Part shown: positions 36,737 to 46,803 of the stretch, one piece after another | Layout of the letters: every line of letters begins with the position of its first letter | How positions within the stretch are numbered: position 1 is the stretch's first letter | NCBI GenBank assembly: GCA_963719355.1 | Contig: CAVRBZ010000008.1 | Location: 408,710-472,709 of the forward strand | Direction of reading: 5' to 3' | From: an uncultured Solirubrobacterales bacterium | Lineage (GTDB): Bacteria; Actinomycetota; Thermoleophilia; Solirubrobacterales; Solirubrobacteraceae | Length of the DNA stretch: 64,000 nucleotides | Translations under genes and position numbers: made by a program | Notes under the pieces: generated by a model | What the model saw: only the letters and a program-made list of their open reading frames with translations | Databases searched by the model: none | What the model was told of the DNA's origin: nothing

Positions 36737-36774
36737 CGAGCGCAGCAGGGTAGCGGCCCTAGCGAAGAGCGGTC

Positions 36775-37524
36775 TTATTGAGCGACGCGCTCGAGCACGG
36801 CGCTGTCGACGTCGAAGTTGGCGTGGACCGCCCCCACATCGTCAGACTCCTCGAGCGCATCGATCAGCCTCATCAGCTTGGCCGCGTCGGATTCCCCCAC
36901 GGGCACGCGCGCTCGGGGACGCTGCGCGAGGTCGGCACTCTCGATCTCGACCCCGGCCTGCGCCAGCGCGTCCCGCGCCGCCGCAAGGTCCCCCGGCTCG
37001 GTGATCACCTCGTACACGTCCTCGTCCAGCGAGATGTCCTCCGCGCCGGCGTCGATCGCCGGCATCAGGTCATCCTCGCCGTAGCGGTTGGCATCGACCA
37101 CGATCACGCCCCGCTTGTCGAACAAGTAGGAGACCGACCCAGGCTCCCCGAGGTTGCCGCCGTGCTTGCCCAGCAGGTGCCGGACGTCCGCTCCGGTCCG
37201 GTTGCGGTTATCGGTCAGCGCCTCGATCAGCAGCGCCACCCCGCCCGGACCGTAGCCCTCGTAGAGCACGGTCTGGATCTGGTCCATGTCGGCCCCCTCG
37301 CCGGTGCCCTTGGCGATCGCGCGCTCGATGTTGTCCTTGGGCATCGACGCCTCGCGGGCCTTCTGGACGGCCAGAGCCAGCCCCGGGTTGCCGTCGACAT
37401 CGCCGCCGCCCTCGCGAGCCGCGACAGTGATCGCACGCGCGAGCTTGGTGAACTGCTGCCCGCGCCGCGCGTCGACGACGGCTTTCTTGTGCTTGATCGA
37501 ATGCCATTTGGAGTGACCGGACAT
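36775..37524 (-). CDS. yebC: YebC/PmpR family protein
   Basis: MSGHSKWHSIKHKK, YEGYGPGG and TDNRNRT. Confidence 0.95.
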   Translation of the reverse strand: MSGHSKWHSIKHKKAVVDARRGQQFTKLARAITVAAREGGGDVDGNPGLALAVQKAREASMPKDNIERAIAKGTGEGADMDQIQTVLYEGYGPGGVALLIEALTDNRNRTGADVRHLLGKHGGNLGEPGSVSYLFDKRGVIVVDANRYGEDDLMPAIDAGAEDISLDEDVYEVITEPGDLAAARDALAQAGVEIESADLAQRPRARVPVGESDAAKLMRLIDALEESDDVGAVHANFDVDSAVLERVAQ

Positions 37525-37579
37525 CTGTTTTGAGTTTAGGGCTGCGCTGGCGCGCAGCGTCCGTGGGGCCATTGAAGCC

Positions 37580-38311
37580 TCATCCGGCTGGATCGCGGCC
37601 AGGCCACACCTTCCACGGCGCGCGACCGCCCTCCCATAGCTCGTTGAGCGTGATCCAGTCCTTGTAGGTATCCATGCACTCCCAGAAGCCCTGGTGGCGG
37701 AAGGCCCGCAGCTGGCCGGCCGCGGCCAGGCGCTCGAGCGGCTCGCGCTCGAGCACGCTGCCGGGTTCGAGCACATCGAGAGCGTCGCGCTGGAAGCAGA
37801 AGAACCCGGCATTCACCCACAGCTCGCTGCGCGGCTTCTCGGTAAAGCCGGAGACCGAGCCGTCGCCGTCGAGCCGCGCTACGCCGAACGGGAGCTGCGG
37901 CTGGACGACGGCCATCGTGGCCCGCCGGCCATGCTCGCGATGGTGCGCGAGCAACGCGTCCAGGTCGATATCGGCCAGCCCGTCCGCGTAGGCCAGGCAG
38001 AAGCGCTCCTCGTCGAGCCGCGGCGCGGCCTGGAACAGGCGCCCGCCGGTGGGAGTGTCCTCTCCTGTGGCCAGGCATTCGATCCGGGCGTCGTCCGGCC
38101 AGCGCTGGCCGGCCGCGAACGCCTCGAGCTGCTCGGCACGGTAGCCGGTGAGCAGCAGGAAGCGCCGGAACCCATGGGCAAGATACATGCTGATCACGTG
38201 CCAGACGATCGGGCGGCCGCCGAGCTCGATCAGCGGCTTGGGGACCTCCGCTGAGTGCTCCTGCAGGCGCGTGCCGCGCCCGCCGCAGAGGATCACGACG
38301 ATGGGCTTCAC
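37580..38311 (-). CDS. Sugar-1-phosphate nucleotidyltransferase (glucose-1-phosphate cytidylyltransferase-like)
   Basis: ILCGGRGTRL, PKPL, TPTGGRL, YADGLAD and GFWECMDT. Confidence 0.88.
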   Translation of the reverse strand: MKPIVVILCGGRGTRLQEHSAEVPKPLIELGGRPIVWHVISMYLAHGFRRFLLLTGYRAEQLEAFAAGQRWPDDARIECLATGEDTPTGGRLFQAAPRLDEERFCLAYADGLADIDLDALLAHHREHGRRATMAVVQPQLPFGVARLDGDGSVSGFTEKPRSELWVNAGFFCFQRDALDVLEPGSVLEREPLERLAAAGQLRAFRHQGFWECMDTYKDWITLNELWEGGRAPWKVWPGRDPAG

Positions 38312-38357
38312 GAGCGGCGCATATTCACAGACCGTTGCCGGGGTAGGATCCGCCGCG

Positions 38358-39728
38358 ATGAGCGTCGCCAACCCGGACATCTTCAAGGCCTACGACATCC
38401 GCGGGCTCTACGGCTCGGATATCGACGTGGTCCTGGCCGAGCAGATCGGCCGCGCCTTCGCTCAAGTGATCGCCGACCTCGAGGAGAGGCCGGCCGACCA
38501 GCTGCGCCTCGGCCTCGGGCGAGACATGCGCCTGACCGCCCCCGAGCTCTCCGAGGCGTACAGCCGGGGCATGTGCGAGGAGGGGGCAACTGTGCTCGAC
38601 GCCGGCGAGGTCGGCACCGAGATGCTCTACTACCTGGTCGGATCGCGCGAGTTGGACGGCGGGCTGATGTGCACTGCGTCGCACAACCCGCCGCGCTACA
38701 CCGGCGCGAAGCTGGTGAAGCGCGGTGCGATCGCCCTGTCCGGCGACGCCGGGATCGGCGATGTCCGCGCCAAGATCGAATCCGGCCTGGCCGATCCTCC
38801 GGGCGGCGGCTCGGTCGAGCACGTGCCCATCTACGAGGAGTTCCAGGAGGCCGCGCTGAAGTTCATCGACCCCGAGGCGGTCAAGCCGATGCGGGTGGTC
38901 GTCGACGGGGGAAACGGGATGGCCGGCCCGATGGTGGGACCGCTGCTTCGCCGCCTGGGGCTCGACCTCGTCGAGACCTATTTCGAGCCCGACGGCCGCT
39001 TCCCCGACCACGAGCCCAACCCCCTGCTGCCCGAGAACCGCGAGTTCATCATGCGCGAGGTGGTCCGCCAAAAGGCCGATCTGGGCATCGCGTGGGATGG
39101 CGACGCCGACCGCTGCTTCTTCATCGACGAGGAGGGCACATTCGTCGACGGCGACTTCCTGACTGGGCTGCTGGCCGAGTCGATGCTCGAGAAGAACCCC
39201 GGGGCGACGATCCTCTACGACGTGCGGGCCAGCTGGGCGGTCAAGGACGTGGCCGAGAAAGCCGGCGGGAAGGCGCTGATGAACCGCGTCGGACACGCCT
39301 TCTTCAAGACCCGGATGCGCGAGGAGCACGCGGCGTTCGGCGGCGAGGTCTCCGGCCACTACTACTTCCACGACTTCTATTGCGCGGATTCAGGGACGAT
39401 TCCCGCCCTGCTCATCCTCGAGCTGCTGTCGACCCGAGGCAAGCACATGTCCGAGCTGCTCGAGCCCTACCGGTCGCGTTACTTCATCTCGGGCGAGATC
39501 AATTCGGAGGTCTCTGACGGAGAGGCCAAGATGGAGGAGCTCGCCGAGCGCTACCAGGACGGGGAGCAGTATCGCCTGGATGGCCTCTCGGTCGAGTACG
39601 ACGACTGGCACTTCAACGTCCGCCCGTCGAACACCGAGCCCCTGCTGCGCCTCACCCTCGAGTCGTTGCGCTCCAACGAGGACATGGAGCGCCGGCGCGA
39701 CGAGGTACTGGCCGTGATCCGTTCGTGA
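38358..39728 (+). CDS. Phosphomannomutase/phosphoglucomutase
   Basis: FKAYDIRG, TASHNP, DGDADR, GEVSGH and RPSNTEP. Confidence 0.94.
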   Translation: MSVANPDIFKAYDIRGLYGSDIDVVLAEQIGRAFAQVIADLEERPADQLRLGLGRDMRLTAPELSEAYSRGMCEEGATVLDAGEVGTEMLYYLVGSRELDGGLMCTASHNPPRYTGAKLVKRGAIALSGDAGIGDVRAKIESGLADPPGGGSVEHVPIYEEFQEAALKFIDPEAVKPMRVVVDGGNGMAGPMVGPLLRRLGLDLVETYFEPDGRFPDHEPNPLLPENREFIMREVVRQKADLGIAWDGDADRCFFIDEEGTFVDGDFLTGLLAESMLEKNPGATILYDVRASWAVKDVAEKAGGKALMNRVGHAFFKTRMREEHAAFGGEVSGHYYFHDFYCADSGTIPALLILELLSTRGKHMSELLEPYRSRYFISGEINSEVSDGEAKMEELAERYQDGEQYRLDGLSVEYDDWHFNVRPSNTEPLLRLTLESLRSNEDMERRRDEVLAVIRS

Positions 39729-40747
39729 CCGCGCCGGACCGGCCGGCCACCAGCGCGGAGGACGCGCTGGCCCTGGCCGAGCGAGCGGGCATCCATCGGA
39801 TCGCGCTCCCGACCCCGTTCCTGGTCGGGCGGGTCAACTGCTACCTGATCGAAGACGACCCGCTCACCCTGATCGACACGGGCCCGAACTCAGGCAAGAC
39901 GCTGGACGATCTCGAGCGCGCGCTGGCCGCGCACGACCGGCGGATCGAGGACCTCGAGCTGATCGTGCTCACCCACCAGCACATGGACCATCTCGGGCTG
40001 CTCGAGATCCTGGCGCGTCGGTCCGGAGCCGAGGTCGCCGCGCTCGACCTGCTCGCGCCCTATTTAGCCGATTTCTCGCGCAGCGCCACCGCCGATGACG
40101 ACTTCGCCCAGGCGGTCATGCGCCGGCACGGTGTGCCGGACGACCTGGCCACGGCGCTCGGTTCGCTGGCCGCGGCGTTCAGGGCGTTCGGGTCGAGCGG
40201 CCGGGTCACGCGGCCGCTCGGCGAGGGCGAGACGCTTCGGCTGCGCGACCGGACGTTCAGGATCTTCCGGCGCCCCGGGCACAGCCCGTCGGACACGATC
40301 TTCTGGGACGAGGAGCGGGCCATGCTGATCGCGGGCGACCACCTGCTCGCGCGGATCTCGTCCAACCCGTTGGTATCGCGCCCCCTGTCGGGTCCCCAGC
40401 ATCCCCGGCCGCGGGCGCTGCTGCAGTACATGGATTCGCTGCGTGCCACGCGCGAGCTGCCCGCCCGCCTGATCCTGCCCGGCCACGGGGACGCGATCCT
40501 CGACCACGCCGAGCTCATCGACGAGCGCCTGCGCATGCACCGCCGGCGCGCGGCGCGCGTCCTTCAGATCCTCGACGGTCGTCCGCTCAGCGCGTACGAG
40601 ATCGCCCTGCAGATGTGGGGAAACGTGGCGGTGACCCAGGCCTATCTGACGCTCTCGGAGGTACTCGGACACCTGGACCTGCTGGTGGAGACGGGTCAGG
40701 CGGCCGAGCGGGTGCTCGACGGCGCCGCGGTGTTCGAAGCCACCTGA
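39725..40747 (+). CDS. MBL-fold metallo-hydrolase
   Basis: LIDTG, THQHMDH, PGHS, AGDH and PGHG. Confidence 0.9.
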   Translation: MTAPDRPATSAEDALALAERAGIHRIALPTPFLVGRVNCYLIEDDPLTLIDTGPNSGKTLDDLERALAAHDRRIEDLELIVLTHQHMDHLGLLEILARRSGAEVAALDLLAPYLADFSRSATADDDFAQAVMRRHGVPDDLATALGSLAAAFRAFGSSGRVTRPLGEGETLRLRDRTFRIFRRPGHSPSDTIFWDEERAMLIAGDHLLARISSNPLVSRPLSGPQHPRPRALLQYMDSLRATRELPARLILPGHGDAILDHAELIDERLRMHRRRAARVLQILDGRPLSAYEIALQMWGNVAVTQAYLTLSEVLGHLDLLVETGQAAERVLDGAAVFEAT

Positions 40748-40750
40748 GGC

Positions 40751-41467
40751 CTACGGATACGCAGACTGTCCAGCTCTTAGGGGCGAGACGTTCGCGTCTC
40801 GGCACTCGTACGCGCCGCCCGGGATGGGCGTGCGCAGCGTGGCGGTGTCGTCGGGCGGGATCACCTGCAGGGCGTAGGCGGTTGCGCAGCCGGCCGAGGT
40901 CGCGACACCGTGGCCCACGTCCAGGCGGAAGCTCGCGCTCGCACCCGGCGCGAGGACGAGCGGCACCGCTGGGCCGCTCCCGAAGAAGTCCTGCGTGGTG
41001 TGGTGGGGGATCGTCGGTAGCGCGCGGCCCTTCTGGTCAAGGAACAGCACGCCGGGATATCCGTAGGTCCGGCAGCCGGTGGCGCTCGTGTTGCGCAGCG
41101 CGAAACCGATCTCCCCGTGCCCCATCCCACCCTGCTGACCCACGAACGAGAGCGCGAGGCGGGCCGTGCGGCACGGCGGCGTGCCCGACGTCGCCGCCGT
41201 CGTCGTCGCGGTCGCCGTCGTCGTGGCGGTCGCCGCCGTCGTGGTGGTCGTGCTGGTCGTGCTCGTGGCGTCCGCGGTCGTGGGAGCCGCCGTGGTGGGA
41301 GGCGCCCCGGCGGCCGTGGTGCTCGTGGCGCTCGGGGCGGTCGTGGTGGTCGTGGCGCGAGCGGTCGATCGGGGCGCCGCTCCACCGCCCGAGCTGCCGC
41401 ATGCCGTCAGCAGCAGCACGAGCGGCACGATCAGCGCTCGTCTCACCTGGATTTGTTCGCGCATCAT
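40751..41467 (-). CDS. DUF4232-like lipoprotein with Thr-rich linker
   Basis: LLLTAC lipobox, poly-Thr tract, C..L..RNTS..C..GYPGV and VIPPD. Confidence 0.78.
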   Translation of the reverse strand: MMREQIQVRRALIVPLVLLLTACGSSGGGAAPRSTARATTTTTAPSATSTTAAGAPPTTAAPTTADATSTTSTTTTTAATATTTATATTTAATSGTPPCRTARLALSFVGQQGGMGHGEIGFALRNTSATGCRTYGYPGVLFLDQKGRALPTIPHHTTQDFFGSGPAVPLVLAPGASASFRLDVGHGVATSAGCATAYALQVIPPDDTATLRTPIPGGAYECRDANVSPLRAGQSAYP

Positions 41468-41518
41468 TAGCACGGCTCCTTCCCCTTGCCGGTGCGTGCC
41501 ACTATCCCGGACGCGAGC

Positions 41519-42214
41519 ATGGACCGTAGCGAGGAGATCCGACAGACGCAGCGTCCTCCCCGTCGTGGCTTCGTGGGCACGGTCGAGCGCTGGCTGCCGT
41601 TCTGGGAGCCGCAGCTCGTCGTGGCCTGTGCGATCGCCCTGCAGCTCTCGCTGTCCACCGAGGTTACGATCGGACCGAACTGGCTGTTTCCAGCGCTGGA
41701 AGGTGTCCTCCTGATCGGGCTGATGGTCGTATCGCCGCATCCCCACGTGCGCCACTCCCGCTTCCGGCGCCACGTGGCGATCGGCATGATCGGCCTTGTC
41801 AGCGCCGCCAACTTCATCTCTCTCGTGATGCTCTCCGACCAGCTGCTGCGCGGCGGCAAGGAGAATGGACACGCGCTGATCCTGTCCGGGATCGTGCTGT
41901 GGTGCACGAACGTGCTGCTGTTCGGACTGTGGTACTGGGAGGTCGATCGGGGCGGGCCGGTGGCTCGGGCCCAGGGGGAGCGGGACACGCCGGATTTCCT
42001 GTTTCCGCAGATGACCGATCCGCGATGGGCGCCCCCGGGCTGGATGCCACATTTGATCGACTACCTGTACGTGTCGCTTACCAACGCCACCGCGTTCAGC
42101 CCGACCGACACGATGCCGCTGACGCCCGCCGCCAAATGGCTGATGAGCTTCCAGTCGATCGCGTCGCTGGTCACGGTCGGACTGGTCGTGGCACGCGCGG
42201 TAAACATCCTGTAG
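41519..42214 (+). CDS. Membrane protein (DUF1345-like)
   Basis: WYWEVDRGGP, DFLFPQM and DYLYVSLTNATAFSPTDTMPL. Confidence 0.8.
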   Translation: MDRSEEIRQTQRPPRRGFVGTVERWLPFWEPQLVVACAIALQLSLSTEVTIGPNWLFPALEGVLLIGLMVVSPHPHVRHSRFRRHVAIGMIGLVSAANFISLVMLSDQLLRGGKENGHALILSGIVLWCTNVLLFGLWYWEVDRGGPVARAQGERDTPDFLFPQMTDPRWAPPGWMPHLIDYLYVSLTNATAFSPTDTMPLTPAAKWLMSFQSIASLVTVGLVVARAVNIL

Positions 42215-42227
42215 AGATGGCCGCGCG

Positions 42228-43589
42228 ATGACCGCCGCGCATCCGCATCCGAACCGCGACGAACTCGAGCGCTCGATCCGCCAGATCGGCGCCGACTTGG
42301 CCTCGGCCTTCCCCTCAAGCGCGCGGCATCCGCTGCGCAGCCTCGATGCCCGCGCGATGGACTTCGCCTCCGCCGACCAGGAGCTGAAAGCCGCGCTGTT
42401 CAGGTTCGTCGATGTCACGCCGGCCTGCCGGTCGCTCGACGATCTCGCCCGCCACCTCCGCGAGTTCCTGCGGGAGGTGCCCGAGGCGCCGCCGCCGCTG
42501 GCCGCGGCGATGCGCATCGCCGACGTCAAGGCGGCCCGCCGCGCGATCGGCGCCGCCGCGGCAGCCGGCGTGCGGCACATGGCCCACCGGTTCATCATCG
42601 GCGAGACGCCGGCCTCGGCGCTCGGGGTGCTGCGCGACCTGTGGCATCACGGCGTGGCCAGCTCGGTCGACCTGCTGGGTGAGGCCACCGTGACCCAGCC
42701 GGAGGCCGATCGCTACGCGGGGCGCTGCGACGAGGCGCTGAGGGAGCTGGCGCGCGCCGAGGCGGGCTGGCCGAGTCGCGACGTGCTCGAACGCGACAGC
42801 ATCGGCCCGATCCCGCGGACCAACGTGTCGGTCAAGATCTCGGCCCTCACCCCGCTGCTGCGCCCCGACGCGCCGGAGCTGGGGCGACGCGACGCCGCCG
42901 AGCGGCTGCGCCCGCTGCTGCGTCACGCCGACGCGGTCGGAGCGCACATACACATCGACATGGAGTCCCTCGACTCGCGCGAGGCGATCTTCGACCTTGT
43001 GCTCGACGTGCTCTCAGAAGAGGAGTTCGCGCGCGGCCCGTCCGCCGGGACGGTGCTCCAGGCCTACTTGCGCGACTCACCCGAGCAGCTCGAGCGGATT
43101 CTCGCCTGGGCCGCCGCATCGGGCCGGACGCCGCCGCTGACCGTCCGACTGGTCAAGGGCGCGTACTGGGATCACGAGCTGGTCCAGGCCACTCAGCACG
43201 GGTGGCCGGCGCCGGTGTTCGAGGTCAAAGCCGATTGTGACCGCAACTTCGAGGCGCTGACGCGTCGGCTGCTCGATGCCCGGCCGGCGGTGCGCGTCGC
43301 CGTGGCCTCGCACAACCTGCGCTCCGTCTCCCACGCGATCGCCTACAACCGAACGATCGGCGGCGAGGACCGTGATCTCGAGCTTCAGGTCCTGCGCGGC
43401 CTCGGCGACCAGCTCCAGGACGCGCTGGCCTCCCGCGGCTTCCGCGTGCGGACCTACTGCCCGGTCGGCGACCTGGTCGCGGGAATGGCCTACCTCGTCC
43501 GGCGGCTGCTCGAAAACACCAGCAACGAATCGTTCCTGCACGAGCAGGCGCGCGGGACTTCGCTCGACGTGCTCCTGGCGGCACCGTAG
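42228..43589 (+). CDS. Proline dehydrogenase (PutA N-terminal part)
   Basis: LFRFVDV, DLLGE, HIDME, LQAYL, RLVKGAYWD, ASHN and AYLVRRLLENTSN. Confidence 0.9.
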   Translation: MTAAHPHPNRDELERSIRQIGADLASAFPSSARHPLRSLDARAMDFASADQELKAALFRFVDVTPACRSLDDLARHLREFLREVPEAPPPLAAAMRIADVKAARRAIGAAAAAGVRHMAHRFIIGETPASALGVLRDLWHHGVASSVDLLGEATVTQPEADRYAGRCDEALRELARAEAGWPSRDVLERDSIGPIPRTNVSVKISALTPLLRPDAPELGRRDAAERLRPLLRHADAVGAHIHIDMESLDSREAIFDLVLDVLSEEEFARGPSAGTVLQAYLRDSPEQLERILAWAAASGRTPPLTVRLVKGAYWDHELVQATQHGWPAPVFEVKADCDRNFEALTRRLLDARPAVRVAVASHNLRSVSHAIAYNRTIGGEDRDLELQVLRGLGDQLQDALASRGFRVRTYCPVGDLVAGMAYLVRRLLENTSNESFLHEQARGTSLDVLLAAP

Positions 43590-43619
43590 GAGTAGTAGCG
43601 CCTGTTAACGTCGCTGGCC

Positions 43620-45188
43620 GTGTCCACGCTCACTCCCTTCGCCAATGAGCCGGTACTCGAGTTACGCCGGGCCCCGGTCCGCGCCCAGCTCGAGGACGCG
43701 ATGGATGCGCTCGGGCCCAAGCTGCCTTTGCGGGCGCCGGTGATGATCGGGGACGCTGAGCGAACCGGCGCCGAGCTGCTCTCGACCGATCCCGGGGCGC
43801 CCGAGCGCGTGGTCGCGGTGGCGACCCGAGGCACCGAGGATGACGTGACGGCCGCGGTGCAGGAGGCCGAGCGCGGCTTCGGGGCCTGGCGTGCTTTTCC
43901 CGCCGCCGAGCGAGCGGCGGCGCTGATCCGCGCGGCCGCGTGGCTGCGCGAGCGCCGCCTCGAGCTCGCCGCGCTCGAGGTCCGCGAGTGCGCCAAGCCG
44001 TGGGCCGAGGCAGATGCCGACGTGTGCGAGGCGATCGACTTCCTCGAGTACTACGCGCGCGGCGCGATCGAACTCGATGCCGGCCCGGATCTGCTTCAGG
44101 TCCCGGGCGAGCGCAACGACATGTACTACGCCCCACGTGGCGTGGCGGCGGTCATCTCGCCCTGGAACTTCCCGCTGGCCATCCCCTGCGGCATGACCTC
44201 GGCTGCGCTCGTGACCGGCAACGCGGTGGTCCTGAAGCCCGCCGAGCAGTCGCCGGGCTGCGCGCACGTGCTGGTGCAGGCGCTGCGTGCGGGCGGCGTG
44301 CCCGCCTCGGCCATCTCGCTGCTGCCCGGCGAGGGCGACGTGGGCGCGGCGCTCGTGGCGCATGCGAGCGTCCACACCATCGCTTTTACCGGCTCGCTCC
44401 CGGTCGGCCTCGAGATCACGCGTGCAGCGGGAACTGTCGCGCCCGGGCAGAACCACATCAAGCGCGTGGTCTCCGAACTGGGCGGCAAGAACTGCGTGAT
44501 CGTCGACTCCGACGCCGACCTCGACGACGCGGTGCCGGCAATCGTCTCCTCCGCGTTCGTCTACGCCGGCCAGAAATGCTCCGCCGCAGCCCGCGTGCTC
44601 GTCCACGAGGCGATCGCCGACCAGCTGATCGAACGGGTCGCAGGTGCCGCGCGCGTGCTGGTGGTGGGACAAGCCGACGACCTGTCCAGCGATGTGCCGC
44701 CCGTGATCGAGCGCTCCGCCCAAGAGCGAGTCGACGGCTACGCCGCGTTGGCGCGTGAGCAGGGCCGGATCGTCGCTCGGGTGGAGCCCGTTCCCGACCG
44801 CGGCTGGTTCTGCCCGCCGACCGTTGCCGTCGACTTGCCGCGCGAGTCGCCGGTCGTGAACGAGGAGATCTTCGGGCCGCTGCTCGCCATAGACCGGGTC
44901 AAGGACGTGGAGGATGCCTGTGACATCGTCGACGGCCTTCCCTACGCCCTGACCGGCGGCCTGTTCGCCCGTGATCCCGCCACCGTCCGCTACGTCCGGC
45001 AACGCACTCCGGTCGGCAATCTGTACGTTAACCGCGGCATCACGGGCGCGATGGTGGGACGCCAGCCGTTCGGCGGCAATCGCCTGTCGGGCACGGGCAG
45101 CAAGGCCGGCGGTCCCGACTACCTGCGCCAATTCGTCGAGCCGCACGTGGTGACCGAGAACACCATGCGCCACGGGCTGGTGGTGTAG
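43620..45188 (+). CDS. L-glutamate gamma-semialdehyde (P5C) dehydrogenase
   Basis: EAIDFLEYY, PWNFP, FTGS, ELGGKN, GQKCSA, EIFGP and QPFGG. Confidence 0.92.
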   Translation: MSTLTPFANEPVLELRRAPVRAQLEDAMDALGPKLPLRAPVMIGDAERTGAELLSTDPGAPERVVAVATRGTEDDVTAAVQEAERGFGAWRAFPAAERAAALIRAAAWLRERRLELAALEVRECAKPWAEADADVCEAIDFLEYYARGAIELDAGPDLLQVPGERNDMYYAPRGVAAVISPWNFPLAIPCGMTSAALVTGNAVVLKPAEQSPGCAHVLVQALRAGGVPASAISLLPGEGDVGAALVAHASVHTIAFTGSLPVGLEITRAAGTVAPGQNHIKRVVSELGGKNCVIVDSDADLDDAVPAIVSSAFVYAGQKCSAAARVLVHEAIADQLIERVAGAARVLVVGQADDLSSDVPPVIERSAQERVDGYAALAREQGRIVARVEPVPDRGWFCPPTVAVDLPRESPVVNEEIFGPLLAIDRVKDVEDACDIVDGLPYALTGGLFARDPATVRYVRQRTPVGNLYVNRGITGAMVGRQPFGGNRLSGTGSKAGGPDYLRQFVEPHVVTENTMRHGLVV

Positions 45189-45251
45189 CGGCGCCACGGG
45201 CTGGTTTCGGGCCTACTCGGCCGCCCGGCCCGAGCCGGCCGACGCGGGGCG

Positions 45252-45857
45252 CTATCCGGCCCGCGGTGCGCGCTCGGCCGATCCGTTCAGCTGCAGCAGC
45301 AACTCGTGCAGCCGCGGATCGGCGGCCAGCTCGGGATGGAACGACACCGCGAGCATGTTGCCCTGGCGGACGGCTACCGGATGGTCCTCCACCCGACCGA
45401 GGATCTCGACGCCCGCCCCGTGCTCCGCCACCCACGGCGCCCGGATGAACACGGCATGCATCGGGCCGCCCCCGACGCCCACCAGATCGACGTCGGCCTC
45501 GAATGACCGGATCTGACGACCGAAGGCGTTGCGGCGCGTACTGACGTCGAGGAGGCCGAGGTGCTCGCGGTCGAGCATGATCATCCCGGCGCACGTGCCA
45601 AGGACCGGCGTGCCGGCTCGGATGAGGGCGCGCAGCGGCTCGGCCATACCCTCGCGCTCGATCCCCAGCGTCATCACGGTCGACTCCCCGCCGGGGATGA
45701 TCAGAGCGTCGAGTCCCTCCAGGTCTGCCGGCACGCGAACCTCGCGGGCCCCCGCGCCGAGCCTTCGGACCATCTTGGCGTGGGCCTCGAACCCGCCTTG
45801 AAGCGCGAGGACGCCAACCACCTTCGCGCCGAGCCCTTCGCCGGATGTGGTCGCCAC
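45252..45857 (-). CDS. pdxT: PLP synthase glutaminase subunit
   Basis: GVLALQG, PGGEST, GTCAGMI, RNAFGRQ and FHPEL. Confidence 0.96.
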   Translation of the reverse strand: MATTSGEGLGAKVVGVLALQGGFEAHAKMVRRLGAGAREVRVPADLEGLDALIIPGGESTVMTLGIEREGMAEPLRALIRAGTPVLGTCAGMIMLDREHLGLLDVSTRRNAFGRQIRSFEADVDLVGVGGGPMHAVFIRAPWVAEHGAGVEILGRVEDHPVAVRQGNMLAVSFHPELAADPRLHELLLQLNGSAERAPRAG

Positions 45858-45859
45858 GC

Positions 45860-46765
45860 CTACCAGCCGCGCGGGGCGAGCAGCTGCTCGGCCTCGAGCT
45901 TGGACGTCTCGAGGCTCATCATCGGCCGACCGAGCCCGGTGGAGGCGGCCGCGACACGGGCGGGATCCTGATAGTGCGTGGTCGCATCGACGATCGAGCG
46001 CGCTCGGCGCTCCGGATCCTCGGACTTGAAGATGCCCGAGCCGACGAACACGCCCTCGGCGCCCAGCTGCATGACAAGCGCCGCGTCGGCCGGCGTGGCG
46101 ATCCCGCCGGCGCAGAACAGGACTACGGGCAGCCGGCCGTCGGCCGCGATCTGGCGCACCAGGTGCAGCGGCGCCTGCAGCTCCTTGGCGGCGGTGGCCA
46201 GCTCAGCGTCGGCGAGCGTGGACAGCCGCCGGATCTCCGAGCGGATCAACCGCAGATGGCGGACCGCCTCGACGATGTCGCCCGTCCCGGCCTCGCCCTT
46301 GGAGCGGATCATCGCCGCGCCCTCGCCGATCCTTCTCAGGGCTTCCCCGAGGTTGGTGGCGCCGCACACGAACGGAACGGAGAAGGCCCATTTGTCGATG
46401 TGGTTGGCCTCATCGGCCGGCGTCAGCACCTCGGACTCGTCGATGTAGTCGACCTCGAGCGCCTCGAGCACCTGCGCCTCGACGAAATGGCCGATCCGGG
46501 CCTTGGCCATGACCGGGATCGTCACCGCCTCCTGGATGCCCTGGATCATGGCCGGGTCAGACATGCGCGCCACCCCGCCGTCGCGGCGGATGTCGGCTGG
46601 TACTCGCTCGAGCGCCATCACCGCCGCGGCGCCCGCGTCCTCGGCGATCTTGGCCTGCTCATGGGTGACGACGTCCATGATCACGCCGCCCTTGAGCATC
46701 TCGGCCAGGCCGGCCTTGACGGTGAACGTCGCCTCGTCGCGCCGGGTCTGGAAGTTCTCGTCCAT
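45860..46765 (-). CDS. pdxS: PLP synthase lyase subunit
   Basis: [28 protein letters not shown] and [16 protein letters not shown]. Confidence 0.97.
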   Translation of the reverse strand: MDENFQTRRDEATFTVKAGLAEMLKGGVIMDVVTHEQAKIAEDAGAAAVMALERVPADIRRDGGVARMSDPAMIQGIQEAVTIPVMAKARIGHFVEAQVLEALEVDYIDESEVLTPADEANHIDKWAFSVPFVCGATNLGEALRRIGEGAAMIRSKGEAGTGDIVEAVRHLRLIRSEIRRLSTLADAELATAAKELQAPLHLVRQIAADGRLPVVLFCAGGIATPADAALVMQLGAEGVFVGSGIFKSEDPERRARSIVDATTHYQDPARVAAASTGLGRPMMSLETSKLEAEQLLAPRGW

Positions 46766-46803
46766 CCGAGCATGAGTTTAGCCGCGCTGTAGGTTTCCCG
46801 GCG

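Noticed and set aside
43587-43619. Stop-codon readthrough (pyrrolysine or similar) joining PRODH and P5CDH
   Set aside because: It would need readthrough of three TAG codons. No pyl genes are seen, and the downstream gene has its own plausible promoter.
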